Shown here: in pieces, positions 46,474-56,176 of the stretch | How the letters are laid out: the number at the start of each line of letters is the position of its first letter | Position numbering within the stretch: the stretch's first letter is position 1 | Source: Minisyncoccia bacterium | GTDB taxonomy: Bacteria; Patescibacteriota; Minisyncoccia; Phycocordibacterales; DATDWN01 | Direction: 5' to 3' | Length of the DNA stretch: 64,000 nt | Assembly (NCBI GenBank): GCA_049297675.1 | Contig: JBAQUS010000015.1 | Coordinates: forward strand, 1,414 to 65,413 | Program-made: the position numbers and the translations under genes | Notes under the pieces: model-generated | Databases searched by the model: none | What the model was told of the DNA's origin: nothing | Seen by the model: only the letters and a program-made list of their open reading frames with translations

Positions 46474-47247
46474 TTGTGTTATTTTAATGAGATGAAATCA
46501 GAACTAAAACAAAACGAATTTTTTGATATAAACAAACTTCCACCCGAAAAAGGATTGCTTTTGTTCGGACTCTCAATGAATAAACTTTCAAATCGACAAA
46601 ATGCTGAGAATTGCATTAAAGATATTCGTCACTTCACACCTTCTAAAGTTAGCAAACCTCTTATTGGTCTTAACTTTATATATTCAGATTTTCTCTATCT
46701 ATATAGTGATAAACCAGCTCCAGAATTAAAACATACTTTTATGAATCAAGTAATTGATCATAGAAATAGTATCCAAAATTTGGTTGAAAAAAACTTTATT
46801 GAATTTCAAATTCAGCATGCATTTGGTTATATGGTATGGAACCAACTTTATGTGGGAACGAGAGGTTTTAACAAACTTTTTGATCAGTTAAAGAAAATCT
46901 ACAACGAAGACAATTTGTTTCAGAAATACCTTGAAGAAGATTGCCTAGTCTTTGGTAGAGAAATGGGAGAAAATCAAATCAAATTCTTCTTGGAAGAAGC
47001 TCTTATGATTTATCTACTAAACAAAAATCAAATTAAGCTTCCAAATGAGTATATCGAGAATAACCAAAAATGGATTTTATTTTGTTATCCAGGAAAACCG
47101 TTGAAAAGTACTATATATTTTTTTCGACTAAATCCTTTTAAGTTAGACTGGTCAGAGAGCCCATATCAAAATTCCTTCTATGATCTTGAGTCAAAGCAAC
47201 TTATCGATTTCACCAGAGTAGATCTTGAAACATATCAAGTCAGATAA
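46474..47247 (+). CDS. hypothetical protein
   Basis: 257-aa ORF with a TTG start. An alternative ATG lies 6 codons in. Confidence 0.45.
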   Translation: MCYFNEMKSELKQNEFFDINKLPPEKGLLLFGLSMNKLSNRQNAENCIKDIRHFTPSKVSKPLIGLNFIYSDFLYLYSDKPAPELKHTFMNQVIDHRNSIQNLVEKNFIEFQIQHAFGYMVWNQLYVGTRGFNKLFDQLKKIYNEDNLFQKYLEEDCLVFGREMGENQIKFFLEEALMIYLLNKNQIKLPNEYIENNQKWILFCYPGKPLKSTIYFFRLNPFKLDWSESPYQNSFYDLESKQLIDFTRVDLETYQVR

Positions 47248-48345
47248 ATGAGTGATACTAAAAAAGTTTTTGTGGGGGTTTCGGGGGGAGTGGATAGCTC
47301 TGTGGCTTTGGCACTTCTTAAAAAACAAAATTATGATGTTACAGGAGTATTTCTGAAAGTCTGGTCGCCGGATTTTTTAGAGTGTGATTGGAGAGAGGAG
47401 AGGAGAAGTGCTATGCGGGTGTGCGCTACTTTGGGTGTGCCTTTCCTAACACTTGACTGTGAAGCGGAGTATAAAAAGGAAGTTGTGGACTATATGATAA
47501 GAGGGTACAGCGAGGGAAGAGTTCCTAATCCAGATGTTTTTTGTAACAAGTATGTGAAGTTCGGAGTGTTTTTGAAGAAGGCACTTGAGATGGGAGCAGA
47601 CTTCGTGGCCACAGGACACTATGCTACGCGATACGAATATACGAATCATGCGAATAATACGAATGGATTCGAATTGAGAGAATCCAAAGACAAGGAAAAG
47701 GATCAGAGTTATTTTTTACACACATTAAATCAGGAACAATTAAGCAGATCACTTTTTCCGATTGGAGGATATACAAAGCCAGAAGTCAGAGAAATGGCTA
47801 GAAAATTTGGACTTCCAACTGCTGAGAAAAAAGACAGCCAGGGTCTATGTTTCATAGGTAAAATCGACATAAAGGATTTTCTCTCGCACTACATAAAAAC
47901 AGAGAAGGGAAATGTTTTAAATGTTCAAAGCGAGATTATTGGCGAGCATCCTGGGGCACTATTCTTTGCTATCGGGCAAAGGCACGGTTTTACAATTACG
48001 AAAAAGAATTCAGATGACTCTAGATATTTTGTAATTAGTAAAAGTATGAAAGAAAATACTATTACAGTGGCAAATAAAGAAAAAGAAAACGTTGAGGTTT
48101 ATACTACAAAGGAAATTTTTCTGAGGAGTATTCATTTTATTAGTAGTAAAGTGACAGAATTCCCATTGAAGACTGAAGTCAGAATACGTTACAGACAAAA
48201 TAAGCAAGACTGTATGATACAAGAAGAAAGTGGAGGATACAGAATTTATTTCAAAAATCCACAAGAAGGAGTCTCGATCGGGCAATCAGCCGTTTTTTAC
48301 GATGGGGAAGTATGTCTGGGAGGTGGAATAATTGAGAATTATTGA
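47248..48345 (+). CDS. mnmA: tRNA-specific 2-thiouridylase MnmA
   Basis: PP-loop 'VGVSGGVDSSV', 'CNKYVKFG', and C-terminal domains. Confidence 0.85.
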   Translation: MSDTKKVFVGVSGGVDSSVALALLKKQNYDVTGVFLKVWSPDFLECDWREERRSAMRVCATLGVPFLTLDCEAEYKKEVVDYMIRGYSEGRVPNPDVFCNKYVKFGVFLKKALEMGADFVATGHYATRYEYTNHANNTNGFELRESKDKEKDQSYFLHTLNQEQLSRSLFPIGGYTKPEVREMARKFGLPTAEKKDSQGLCFIGKIDIKDFLSHYIKTEKGNVLNVQSEIIGEHPGALFFAIGQRHGFTITKKNSDDSRYFVISKSMKENTITVANKEKENVEVYTTKEIFLRSIHFISSKVTEFPLKTEVRIRYRQNKQDCMIQEESGGYRIYFKNPQEGVSIGQSAVFYDGEVCLGGGIIENY

Positions 48346-48416
48346 AAGAACTAAACAATTTATAAATTATTTATCTGAATAATAATTTATAATTAGTAAT
48401 TTATAAATTTATACCA

Positions 48417-48464
48417 AAGAAGTATACCATATCTTTGCGATCGCAAAGATATGGTATACTTCTT
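48417..48464. repeat. 48-bp perfect palindrome aagaagtataccatatctttgcga|tcgcaaagatatggtatacttctt
   Basis: Its central 20 bp are identical to those of the 61816-61863 palindrome. Confidence 0.8.
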
Positions 48465-48700
48465 ATTGACACAATAACTAGCATTGTTTTATCATCGTTT
48501 AGTTAAACAACTAAGATAAGTATTATTATCAATACGCGATCAATATGGGTCAGTTAGACTTTTGCGGTTTAATTTTTTTATGCAATAATGACGGGATGAA
48601 TCCCGTTAGAGGTCTAATGTAATTTGCCTCTGGGAGACAGAAATGGTTATTAATTAATTTTTTTAACATTGACTATGGAGTTACTGTTACCTCTAAAGGG

Positions 48701-49534
48701 ATGAATCCAGAAGGAATATATGTTGTAAAAGCAGACGGAACACGCCAGCTGTTTGACCAGTCAAAACTAGAGCACTCGCTAAAAAAAGCCGGGGCAGGAA
48801 GCAAAGCTGTTACTGAAATAATAAATCATGTAGCGTCTCATCTTTCTCAAGATATTACTACTCACGAAATTTATAAGCATGCTTTTGAGCTACTCCAAAA
48901 AGAAGATCAACCTATTGCAATAAAGTATTCTCTAAGACGAGCTATTATGGAGCTTGGTCCTACAGGTTTTGCCTTTGAGGATTTTATTGCAGAAATTTTT
49001 AAGCAAGATGGATATCAGGCTGAAACCGGGAAAATTGTTAAAGGATTTTGTGTTGAGCATGAAATAGATGTGGTGGCTTGGAACAAAGAAAAGCTCATCA
49101 TGGTTGAGGCTAAGTTTCATAACGAACTTGGAACCAAGTCCGATCTTAAAGTGGCACTATATGTCAAAGCCAGATTTGAAGATTTGATGAAGATGAAATT
49201 TGATTATGGGGGTGAAAGGAATCTTGACGAAGGATGGTTGGTAACGAACACAAAATTTACATCAACGGCAATAGAGTATGGATCGTGTCAGGGCGGAATA
49301 AGAATGGTTGGTTGGAACTATCCTCCGGTTGGTAACCTGCATGACATGATACTCGAAGCCAAACTTCACCCTCTGACATGTTTGGTAAGTCTAAATGGTC
49401 GTGAGAAGAGAGAACTGCTTTCTCAAGGTTTTGTTTTGTGCAAAACGCTTTTTGAAAAGCCAGAATTACTCCAATCGGTAGGTATCACAGGAGACAGGAA
49501 GAAGGAAGTCCTGGATGAAATTGATTCGCTATAA
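48701..49534 (+). CDS. ATP-cone domain + Mrr-like restriction endonuclease domain protein
   Basis: 'VVKADGTRQLFDQSKLEHSLKKAG' is the ATP-cone. 'FEDFIAEIF...VEHEIDVVAW...MVEAKF' is Mrr_cat-like. Confidence 0.55.
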   Translation: MNPEGIYVVKADGTRQLFDQSKLEHSLKKAGAGSKAVTEIINHVASHLSQDITTHEIYKHAFELLQKEDQPIAIKYSLRRAIMELGPTGFAFEDFIAEIFKQDGYQAETGKIVKGFCVEHEIDVVAWNKEKLIMVEAKFHNELGTKSDLKVALYVKARFEDLMKMKFDYGGERNLDEGWLVTNTKFTSTAIEYGSCQGGIRMVGWNYPPVGNLHDMILEAKLHPLTCLVSLNGREKRELLSQGFVLCKTLFEKPELLQSVGITGDRKKEVLDEIDSL

Positions 49535-50099
49535 TATGAAAAATAAAAATAAATCATTCATTGGCATCACAAATTTTTTCTTTGAAGTTGGGATTTTGTC
49601 TAAAACACCAAGAAGTGGCTTCCATTTTCTTGGCACAGGTGAACAGTCTGTAGCAGAACATGTAAATAGAGCCTGTTACATTGGATATAGCTTGGCAATG
49701 ATGGATGGAAAGGTTGATGTTTCAAAAGTTTTAAGAATGTGTCTTTTGCACGACATATCAGAGACTAGGATATCGGACTTAAACCATGTTCACCAAAGAT
49801 ATGTCGAGAGAAAGGAACACGATGCTGTTAAAGATATTACAGATTCAGTTCCTTTTGGCAGTGATATGTTTAAGATAATTAAGGAATATGAAGAAAGAAA
49901 ATCGGCAGAGTCAATATTGGCAAAAGATGCTGATAATCTGGAGTGGATAGTATCACTCAAGGAAGAATATGATTCTGGCAATACTAGAGCTCTTGTATGG
50001 GCTCAGTCAGCTATAAAGAGACTAAAGACGAAATATGCTAAGATATTGGTCAAGGAAATTATGACAACAAACTCAAACAAATGGTGGGGTTGGAAGTGA
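49515..50099 (+). CDS. HD-domain phosphohydrolase (YfbR-like)
   Basis: 'SVAEH...LLHDISE...D' are the HD motifs. An alternative start at 49536 abuts the upstream stop. Confidence 0.65.
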   Translation: MKLIRYNMKNKNKSFIGITNFFFEVGILSKTPRSGFHFLGTGEQSVAEHVNRACYIGYSLAMMDGKVDVSKVLRMCLLHDISETRISDLNHVHQRYVERKEHDAVKDITDSVPFGSDMFKIIKEYEERKSAESILAKDADNLEWIVSLKEEYDSGNTRALVWAQSAIKRLKTKYAKILVKEIMTTNSNKWWGWK

Positions 50100-50119
50100 T
50101 TTTATTATAACTATTTATC

Positions 50120-50725
50120 ATGTCTCTCGAAGAAAGATTTGAAAAAATGAAGGAAATAAGAGATGAAGTATTACATCTCAAAGATTCACCTTTATATCAA
50201 TACAGAATTGATAATAAGTTTTTTCCTGTGGTTGGAGAGGGAAGTCATGTAGCTCATATTATGTTTGTGGGTGAGGCACCTGGTAAAAACGAAGCTGAGA
50301 CGGCCCGACCTTTTTGTGGAAGAAGCGGAAAAATACTTGACGAAATGTTGGAGTCAATAAAGCTCAATAGAAGCGATGTCTATATAACAAATATAGTCAA
50401 AGATCGACCACCAGAGAATAGAGATCCATCTGAAGAAGAAATAAAAATTTATGCACCGTTTCTGGACAGGCAAATAGATATTATACGCCCGCAAGTCATT
50501 GCAACTCTAGGCAGATTTTCAATGAAATACATTATGGAAAAATTTGGTCTGAACGATAAAGTAGGTCAGATAAGTGACTTGCATGGAAAGGAGTTTCCAG
50601 CTACGAGTAGCTATGGTCCAGTAAGTATAATTCCTCTTTATCATCCAGCAGTTGCCCTGTATGATGGTTCAAATAAACAAACTTTACTAAATGATTTCAA
50701 AGTTCTGGAGAAATACATAAAATAG
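50120..50725 (+). CDS. uracil-DNA glycosylase, family 4
   Basis: 'GEAPGKNEAETARPFCGRSGKILD' together with 'HPA' is the family-4 UDG signature. Confidence 0.75.
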   Translation: MSLEERFEKMKEIRDEVLHLKDSPLYQYRIDNKFFPVVGEGSHVAHIMFVGEAPGKNEAETARPFCGRSGKILDEMLESIKLNRSDVYITNIVKDRPPENRDPSEEEIKIYAPFLDRQIDIIRPQVIATLGRFSMKYIMEKFGLNDKVGQISDLHGKEFPATSSYGPVSIIPLYHPAVALYDGSNKQTLLNDFKVLEKYIK

Positions 50726-50773
50726 TTAAAAGTTAAAAGTATAAAGTTATAAAGTAGTATAGAGAATAATAGA

Positions 50774-52588
50774 ATGTCTGAAGCGAAAAAGTATATAGAT
50801 TTTTTAAATAAGACATATTTTCAACTTCACAAAAAATATGAAGAGTTGTTTTGGCTTTCCTACATGGGAGATCATGGTGTAAATAAAGCAAAAGATAAAG
50901 CATTAGGTCAGAGGGATCTTTTTCGATCAGATAGAGAACATTCCGAAAAAATTAAAACATTAATTAAGAGTGCGACAAAAAATGAAAGGGCAAGTTTAAA
51001 TCATTGGCTGGGTTTTTTTAAGAGTTATCAAACTCCACCAGAGGCAGTTTTACTAAAGGAAGAAATTGACACACTTGAATCTAAAATAGAAAAATTTAGG
51101 TCAACCAGAAAAGAGGGTTATATCAACCTTAAGACAAATAAATTTGTTGAAGCGTCTATAAATAAAATTTGGACTATTATCAGAACTGAGGAAAATGAAT
51201 CAACAAGAAAAGCCTGTTTTAGTGCCAGTGAAAAAATGGCAAGTGAATTAATTTCTGATTATATAAAGTTAGTAAAACTCAGAAACCAATTTGCAAAAAA
51301 ACTTGGTTACATGGATTTCTATGACTACAAGTCATTAATTGAAGAGGGAATGACTAAGAAGGAACTATTCGATATATTTGATAAAATATATAAGAAAACA
51401 AAATATTCGTTTAAAAATGTAAGAAAGCTTGAGAAGTCAAAACCAGGACTCAGAAAACCATGGAATTTTGGGTACATGATGGCGGGAGACTTCACAAAAG
51501 AAGAGGATAAGTTTTTTCAGTTTGATGATGCACTTTTACGATGGGGAAGGTCATTCTCAGCTTTAGGCATCGATTTTAAGAAGAGTAATTTGAAGTTAGA
51601 TTTATTGGATAGAAAAGGAAAGTACAATAATGGCTTTTGTCACTGGCCTGAAGTTATTAGGTACGAGAATGGTAAGAGAATTCCTGGGACGTCAAACTTC
51701 ACATGCAATGTTATTTTTGGTCAGGTTGGTTCAGGAGTCCAAGGAATGAGAACACTTTTTCATGAGGGAGGACATTCTGCACATCTTATGAACTCTGATC
51801 AGAGAGAGGTTTGTCTAAATCATGAGTATCCTCCCATGTCTACTGCATGGGCTGAAACACAGAGTATGTTTTTGGATACACTCTATGCTGGCATAGATTG
51901 GAAAGTTCGATACGCAAAGGATAAAGAAGGAAATCCATATCCGTTTGATTTGTTTATGAGAAAAGTTAAAAAACTTCACATTACTTATCCGCAGGATTTG
52001 TACGGAATAATGTTTGTTATGAATTTTGAAAGGGAAATTTATGAGTCAAAGAATTTAGATAAAAGTGAAGTTATAGAAATAGCCAAAAGAAATTACCGTA
52101 AATTTTTTGATAGATCAGAAGATTCTATTTACGCCCTACAAATACCGCACATATATGCCTGGGAAAGTGCTTGTTCATATCAGGGTTATGGACTAGCAAC
52201 CTTGGCTTTGGATCAATGGAGGCTGTATTTCTACAAAAAATACGGCTATATTGTCGACAACCCTAATATTGGCAGAGAAATGACTAGGGTTTGGAAGCTT
52301 GGAGCATCAAGTGGTTTTAATGAATTAGTCAAAATTGCAACTGGTAGAAAGTTATCTCCTGATGCACATATTGAGAATATTACTATGCCTATTGAGAAAA
52401 TAATTTCAAAAGCTAAAGAAAAAATCAATCGTTTAAGTAAAATTAAACTATATACTGGAGAAGTAAAATTAAATGTACGAATTAAAATGATGCACGGTAA
52501 GAAAGAAATATCAAACAATAGTAGAAGTTTTGAGGATATGACTGAAAAGTATGGTCACTGGTTAAAGTCACAGATAAATAAAAAATAA
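50774..52588 (+). CDS. HExxH zinc metallopeptidase (M3/M32-like oligo- or carboxypeptidase)
   Basis: '[10 protein letters not shown]' with a downstream Glu. 604 aa. Confidence 0.55.
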   Translation: MSEAKKYIDFLNKTYFQLHKKYEELFWLSYMGDHGVNKAKDKALGQRDLFRSDREHSEKIKTLIKSATKNERASLNHWLGFFKSYQTPPEAVLLKEEIDTLESKIEKFRSTRKEGYINLKTNKFVEASINKIWTIIRTEENESTRKACFSASEKMASELISDYIKLVKLRNQFAKKLGYMDFYDYKSLIEEGMTKKELFDIFDKIYKKTKYSFKNVRKLEKSKPGLRKPWNFGYMMAGDFTKEEDKFFQFDDALLRWGRSFSALGIDFKKSNLKLDLLDRKGKYNNGFCHWPEVIRYENGKRIPGTSNFTCNVIFGQVGSGVQGMRTLFHEGGHSAHLMNSDQREVCLNHEYPPMSTAWAETQSMFLDTLYAGIDWKVRYAKDKEGNPYPFDLFMRKVKKLHITYPQDLYGIMFVMNFEREIYESKNLDKSEVIEIAKRNYRKFFDRSEDSIYALQIPHIYAWESACSYQGYGLATLALDQWRLYFYKKYGYIVDNPNIGREMTRVWKLGASSGFNELVKIATGRKLSPDAHIENITMPIEKIISKAKEKINRLSKIKLYTGEVKLNVRIKMMHGKKEISNNSRSFEDMTEKYGHWLKSQINKK

Positions 52589-52589
52589 T

Positions 52590-53012
52590 ATGTGGATTGT
52601 ATACGCACTAGTCTCTGCTTCGTTTGCTGGACTTACAGCAATATTTGCTAAAATTGGGCTCAATGGGGTTGATTCAACACTAGCCACAACTGTTCGTTCC
52701 TTCATAATGGCGGGATTTTTGGGAGCAACTGCACTTGCTTTAAAAAAATTTCAAGGATTTACTCTCAACTCTTTTTCAAACAATGAGTGGCTTTTCGTTT
52801 TTCTCTCTGGAATAGCTGGTGCCCTATCATGGCTCTTTTATTTTTACGCTCTAAAAAACGGTGATACAACTGTGGTGTCAGCAATAGATAGATTGAGTAT
52901 AGTTTTTGTTATGGTTTTCGCTGGCTTTATTTTGGGTGAGGGTTTTACGGTCTATAAAATAGCCGGGGTAGTACTTATCACCCTTGGTGCATTTTTGACA
53001 ACAATAAAGTAG
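52590..53012 (+). CDS. EamA/DMT-superfamily small transporter
   Basis: Four TM segments. EamA-like half-size unit. Confidence 0.6.
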   Translation: MWIVYALVSASFAGLTAIFAKIGLNGVDSTLATTVRSFIMAGFLGATALALKKFQGFTLNSFSNNEWLFVFLSGIAGALSWLFYFYALKNGDTTVVSAIDRLSIVFVMVFAGFILGEGFTVYKIAGVVLITLGAFLTTIK

Positions 53013-53023
53013 TATTAACATGT

Positions 53024-54895
53024 ATGACTTCTAATGAAATTCGGGAGAGATTTTTGAGATTTTTTGAAAAGAGGGGACATAAAATAATTCCTTCGGCTTC
53101 TTTGGTGCCAGAAAATGACTCGTCTGTACTGTTTAACACAGCAGGCATGCAACCACTAGTCCCTTATCTTTTAGGAGAGGAACATCCAGAAGGCAGGAGG
53201 TTAGCGAATATACAAAAATGTGTTCGGACAAATGACATAGATGAAGTTGGTGACAATACTCATCTGACTTTTTTTGAAATGCTTGGAAACTGGTCACTTG
53301 GAGCTCCCGAAAGAAGCGACGGATCAGTAGCCCCTGCTTCTGACGGGACAGGCTACTGGAAAGAAGAATCTATAAATTGGAGTTATGAACTTTTGACTTC
53401 CAAAGATGAGGGCTTTGGGCTTGATCCACAAAGACTTTACGTAACTTGTTTTGAAGGAGACTTAAATGCTCCTAGGGATGAGGAGTCAGCAGAAATCTGG
53501 AGAAAAATTTTTGAAAAAAACGTAGTAATTGGCGAGAGAATATATTTTAGACCAAAGGAGAAAAACTGGTGGCCTCAACCAAAAGAAAAAGATGATTACA
53601 GTGGACCTTGTGGACCTGACACTGAAATGTTTTACGATTTGACTGGTGAACTAAACAAGGGTATGACCTTGGCAGAATATATTAAAGCGGATGATGAACA
53701 GATAGTTGTGGAAATTTGGAATAATGTTTTTATGCAGTATTTAAAGAAGGATGGAAAAGTTGTAGGTGAATTAGATAAGAAAAATGTAGATACAGGTGCC
53801 GGATTTGAGAGAATTGTAACTGTGGTTCAGGGTAAGAAAAGTGTTTTTGACACCGATATATTTGATTATTTACTTTTACCACTTAAACCCAAGGATTTGA
53901 GTAATAAGAAATCTGGAAGAATCGCAGTTGATCACATTAGATCCGCAGTCTTTATAATAAATGATGGGACAGTTCCCTCCAATACCGATAGAGGTTATAT
54001 CTTAAGAAGACTATTAAGGAGGGCTTACGTACATATAAAAAAAATTGGGGCAAGTTTATATGATATGATATCCATTGCAAATCTGGTTGCTGGAAGTTCT
54101 TTGTATAAAAAATACAGTTTTAATTCTGATTTAACTAAAAAAATTATTAAGGATGAAATGAGTAAATTTGAAAAGACTCTTGATGAAGGTTTAAAAAAAT
54201 TTGATAAGAATGAAGACCCTTTTGTATTATTTACAACATATGGTTTTCCTATTGAGCTAACAATGGAGCTGGCAAAGGAGAAAGGAATTGAGATCAACAG
54301 AACAGATTTTGATGAGAAGTTTAGAAAACACCAGGAAATTTCTCGGGCTGGTTCTGAGCAAAAGTTTAAAGGAGGACTATCTGGCACAGGTGAGATGGAA
54401 ACAAAATATCATACTTGTGCTCATCTTCTCCATCAGGCACTTCGAGATGTATTTAATCCAGAACTACTCTGTAAGGGTAGCAATATAACACCTGAGAGGC
54501 TTCGTTTTGATTTCCCTTTCGACAGAAAATTGACCGATGAGGAGAAGAACAGAATCGAGGGTATTGTTAATCAAAAAATCTCCGAAAAAATACCAGTGAA
54601 CAAGGTGGTCATGAAAAAAGAAGATGCTCTAAAAACCGGAGCTCTTCACGTTTTTGACACAAGATATCCTAATGAAGTAAATGTTTACTATATAGGAAAT
54701 ACTATAGAAACAGCCTATTCAAAAGAATTCTGTGGTGGACCGCATGTCGAGAACACTGGCGATCTAGCCATTGTTCGAGATCCCGAGGAGTATTCGACGA
54801 GGGATAAGGCGGGTTCCAACAAGAAAGTTTTTAGAATCATAAAAGAGGAAGCAGTATCAGCAAACGTCAGGAGGATAAAGGCAGTATTGGAATAG
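53024..54895 (+). CDS. alaS: alanyl-tRNA synthetase (short form; catalytic + editing domains, no C-Ala domain)
   Basis: 'RFLRFFEKRGHKIIPSASLVPENDSSVLFNTAGM', 'QKCVRTNDIDEVG..THLTFFEMLGNWS', and the editing domain 'HTCAHLLHQAL...CGGPHV'. Confidence 0.85.
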   Translation: MTSNEIRERFLRFFEKRGHKIIPSASLVPENDSSVLFNTAGMQPLVPYLLGEEHPEGRRLANIQKCVRTNDIDEVGDNTHLTFFEMLGNWSLGAPERSDGSVAPASDGTGYWKEESINWSYELLTSKDEGFGLDPQRLYVTCFEGDLNAPRDEESAEIWRKIFEKNVVIGERIYFRPKEKNWWPQPKEKDDYSGPCGPDTEMFYDLTGELNKGMTLAEYIKADDEQIVVEIWNNVFMQYLKKDGKVVGELDKKNVDTGAGFERIVTVVQGKKSVFDTDIFDYLLLPLKPKDLSNKKSGRIAVDHIRSAVFIINDGTVPSNTDRGYILRRLLRRAYVHIKKIGASLYDMISIANLVAGSSLYKKYSFNSDLTKKIIKDEMSKFEKTLDEGLKKFDKNEDPFVLFTTYGFPIELTMELAKEKGIEINRTDFDEKFRKHQEISRAGSEQKFKGGLSGTGEMETKYHTCAHLLHQALRDVFNPELLCKGSNITPERLRFDFPFDRKLTDEEKNRIEGIVNQKISEKIPVNKVVMKKEDALKTGALHVFDTRYPNEVNVYYIGNTIETAYSKEFCGGPHVENTGDLAIVRDPEEYSTRDKAGSNKKVFRIIKEEAVSANVRRIKAVLE

Positions 54896-54922
54896 GACGT
54901 TTTTTCTGCTAAAATATTATCA

Positions 54923-56128
54923 ATGTTTAGTTTTTTAAAAAAGGATAAGGATCAAACTGCACTGCTAATAAACATTGGCAACGGAAGTATTGCTGTGGCC
55001 TCGGCTCTTTTCAACGAGGAAAAACCAAGATTTCTTTATACTGCTAGACACTCATTCGTTATGCTGGATAAGCCTGATGCTAAGGTTTTGTCTGAATCGG
55101 TTATTAGAACATTAGATGAGGCATTATCAGCATTTTCAACTAAGGGTTATGACAATAAATATTGGGACTATAAGGAAAAAAGAGTTTCTAAAATTTTAGT
55201 TGTCTTTTCATCACCGTGGTTTATTCCTAAAATCAAACATATCGAGATTAGAAAAGATAATCCTTTTGTTATAACCGAAAAATTTCTTAACGATATTTTG
55301 GAGAAGGAAGAGGTAGTTTTTAGAGATGAGCTTAAAGTGGACCTTGAGGAGAAAGTGGGCTCTTATGATGTGGTGGAAAGAAGTATTGTGAATGTCAAAA
55401 TAAACGGTTATATACTGAAAAAAAACATCGGTAAAACAACTAAAAATTTTGAGGCATATCTCCGAATGTCGGTTGTTTCGACCGACTATGTAAAGAAAGT
55501 CAGGGATATAATTGAAAAGTATACTCACTCATTGGAAAACGAAGTAATTTTCCACACTTTTCCGTTTGTATCTTTTACAATCGCTAGGGACGTATTTTCC
55601 AACAGTTCAAGTTTCATATTGCTTGATGTTACAGGTGAGGTTACTGATCTAACATTAGTTCAAAATGAATCAATAGTAGCAGTTGCATCGTTTCCGTGCG
55701 GTAGAAATTATATAATAAGACAAATTGCCAAGTCCTTTAACACAACTTTTGAACTAGCTGAATCAACACTGAGATTATTTATTTCAAAAAAGCTTGATGA
55801 TCTTGGAATAAAGAAGATTGAAGAAGTTTTAGTGAATATTGAAAGAGAGTGGGCTATATACTTTGAGAATTCTCTTTTAGAATTGTCTCCACAGATGGTT
55901 TTGCCATACAAGTTCTTTATGACGGCTGACAGCGATGTTTCTGTGGTCTATAAGAATTTTTTATCTCTGTCCAAAACTGACACGACTTCTCTCATAAGAA
56001 GAAATATTGAGTTAATTCATATAAGTTCTGAGACACTGTCCAATTATTATCAAAATGATTCAACATCTCAAGTTAGTGAGTTTATTGCTATACTGGCACT
56101 TTTCTACAACAGAATAAGTAGATATTAA
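54923..56128 (+). CDS. hypothetical protein, possibly an actin-like ATPase fold (FtsA/PilM-like)
   Basis: 'LLINIGNGSIAVA' and 'LLDVTGEVTDLTLV' resemble phosphate-1/2-like motifs. Weak support. Confidence 0.4.
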   Translation: MFSFLKKDKDQTALLINIGNGSIAVASALFNEEKPRFLYTARHSFVMLDKPDAKVLSESVIRTLDEALSAFSTKGYDNKYWDYKEKRVSKILVVFSSPWFIPKIKHIEIRKDNPFVITEKFLNDILEKEEVVFRDELKVDLEEKVGSYDVVERSIVNVKINGYILKKNIGKTTKNFEAYLRMSVVSTDYVKKVRDIIEKYTHSLENEVIFHTFPFVSFTIARDVFSNSSSFILLDVTGEVTDLTLVQNESIVAVASFPCGRNYIIRQIAKSFNTTFELAESTLRLFISKKLDDLGIKKIEEVLVNIEREWAIYFENSLLELSPQMVLPYKFFMTADSDVSVVYKNFLSLSKTDTTSLIRRNIELIHISSETLSNYYQNDSTSQVSEFIAILALFYNRISRY

Positions 56129-56176
56129 CATTATATCTTTGCAAACTTTAGAAATTTATATAAAATTAGTCCATAA

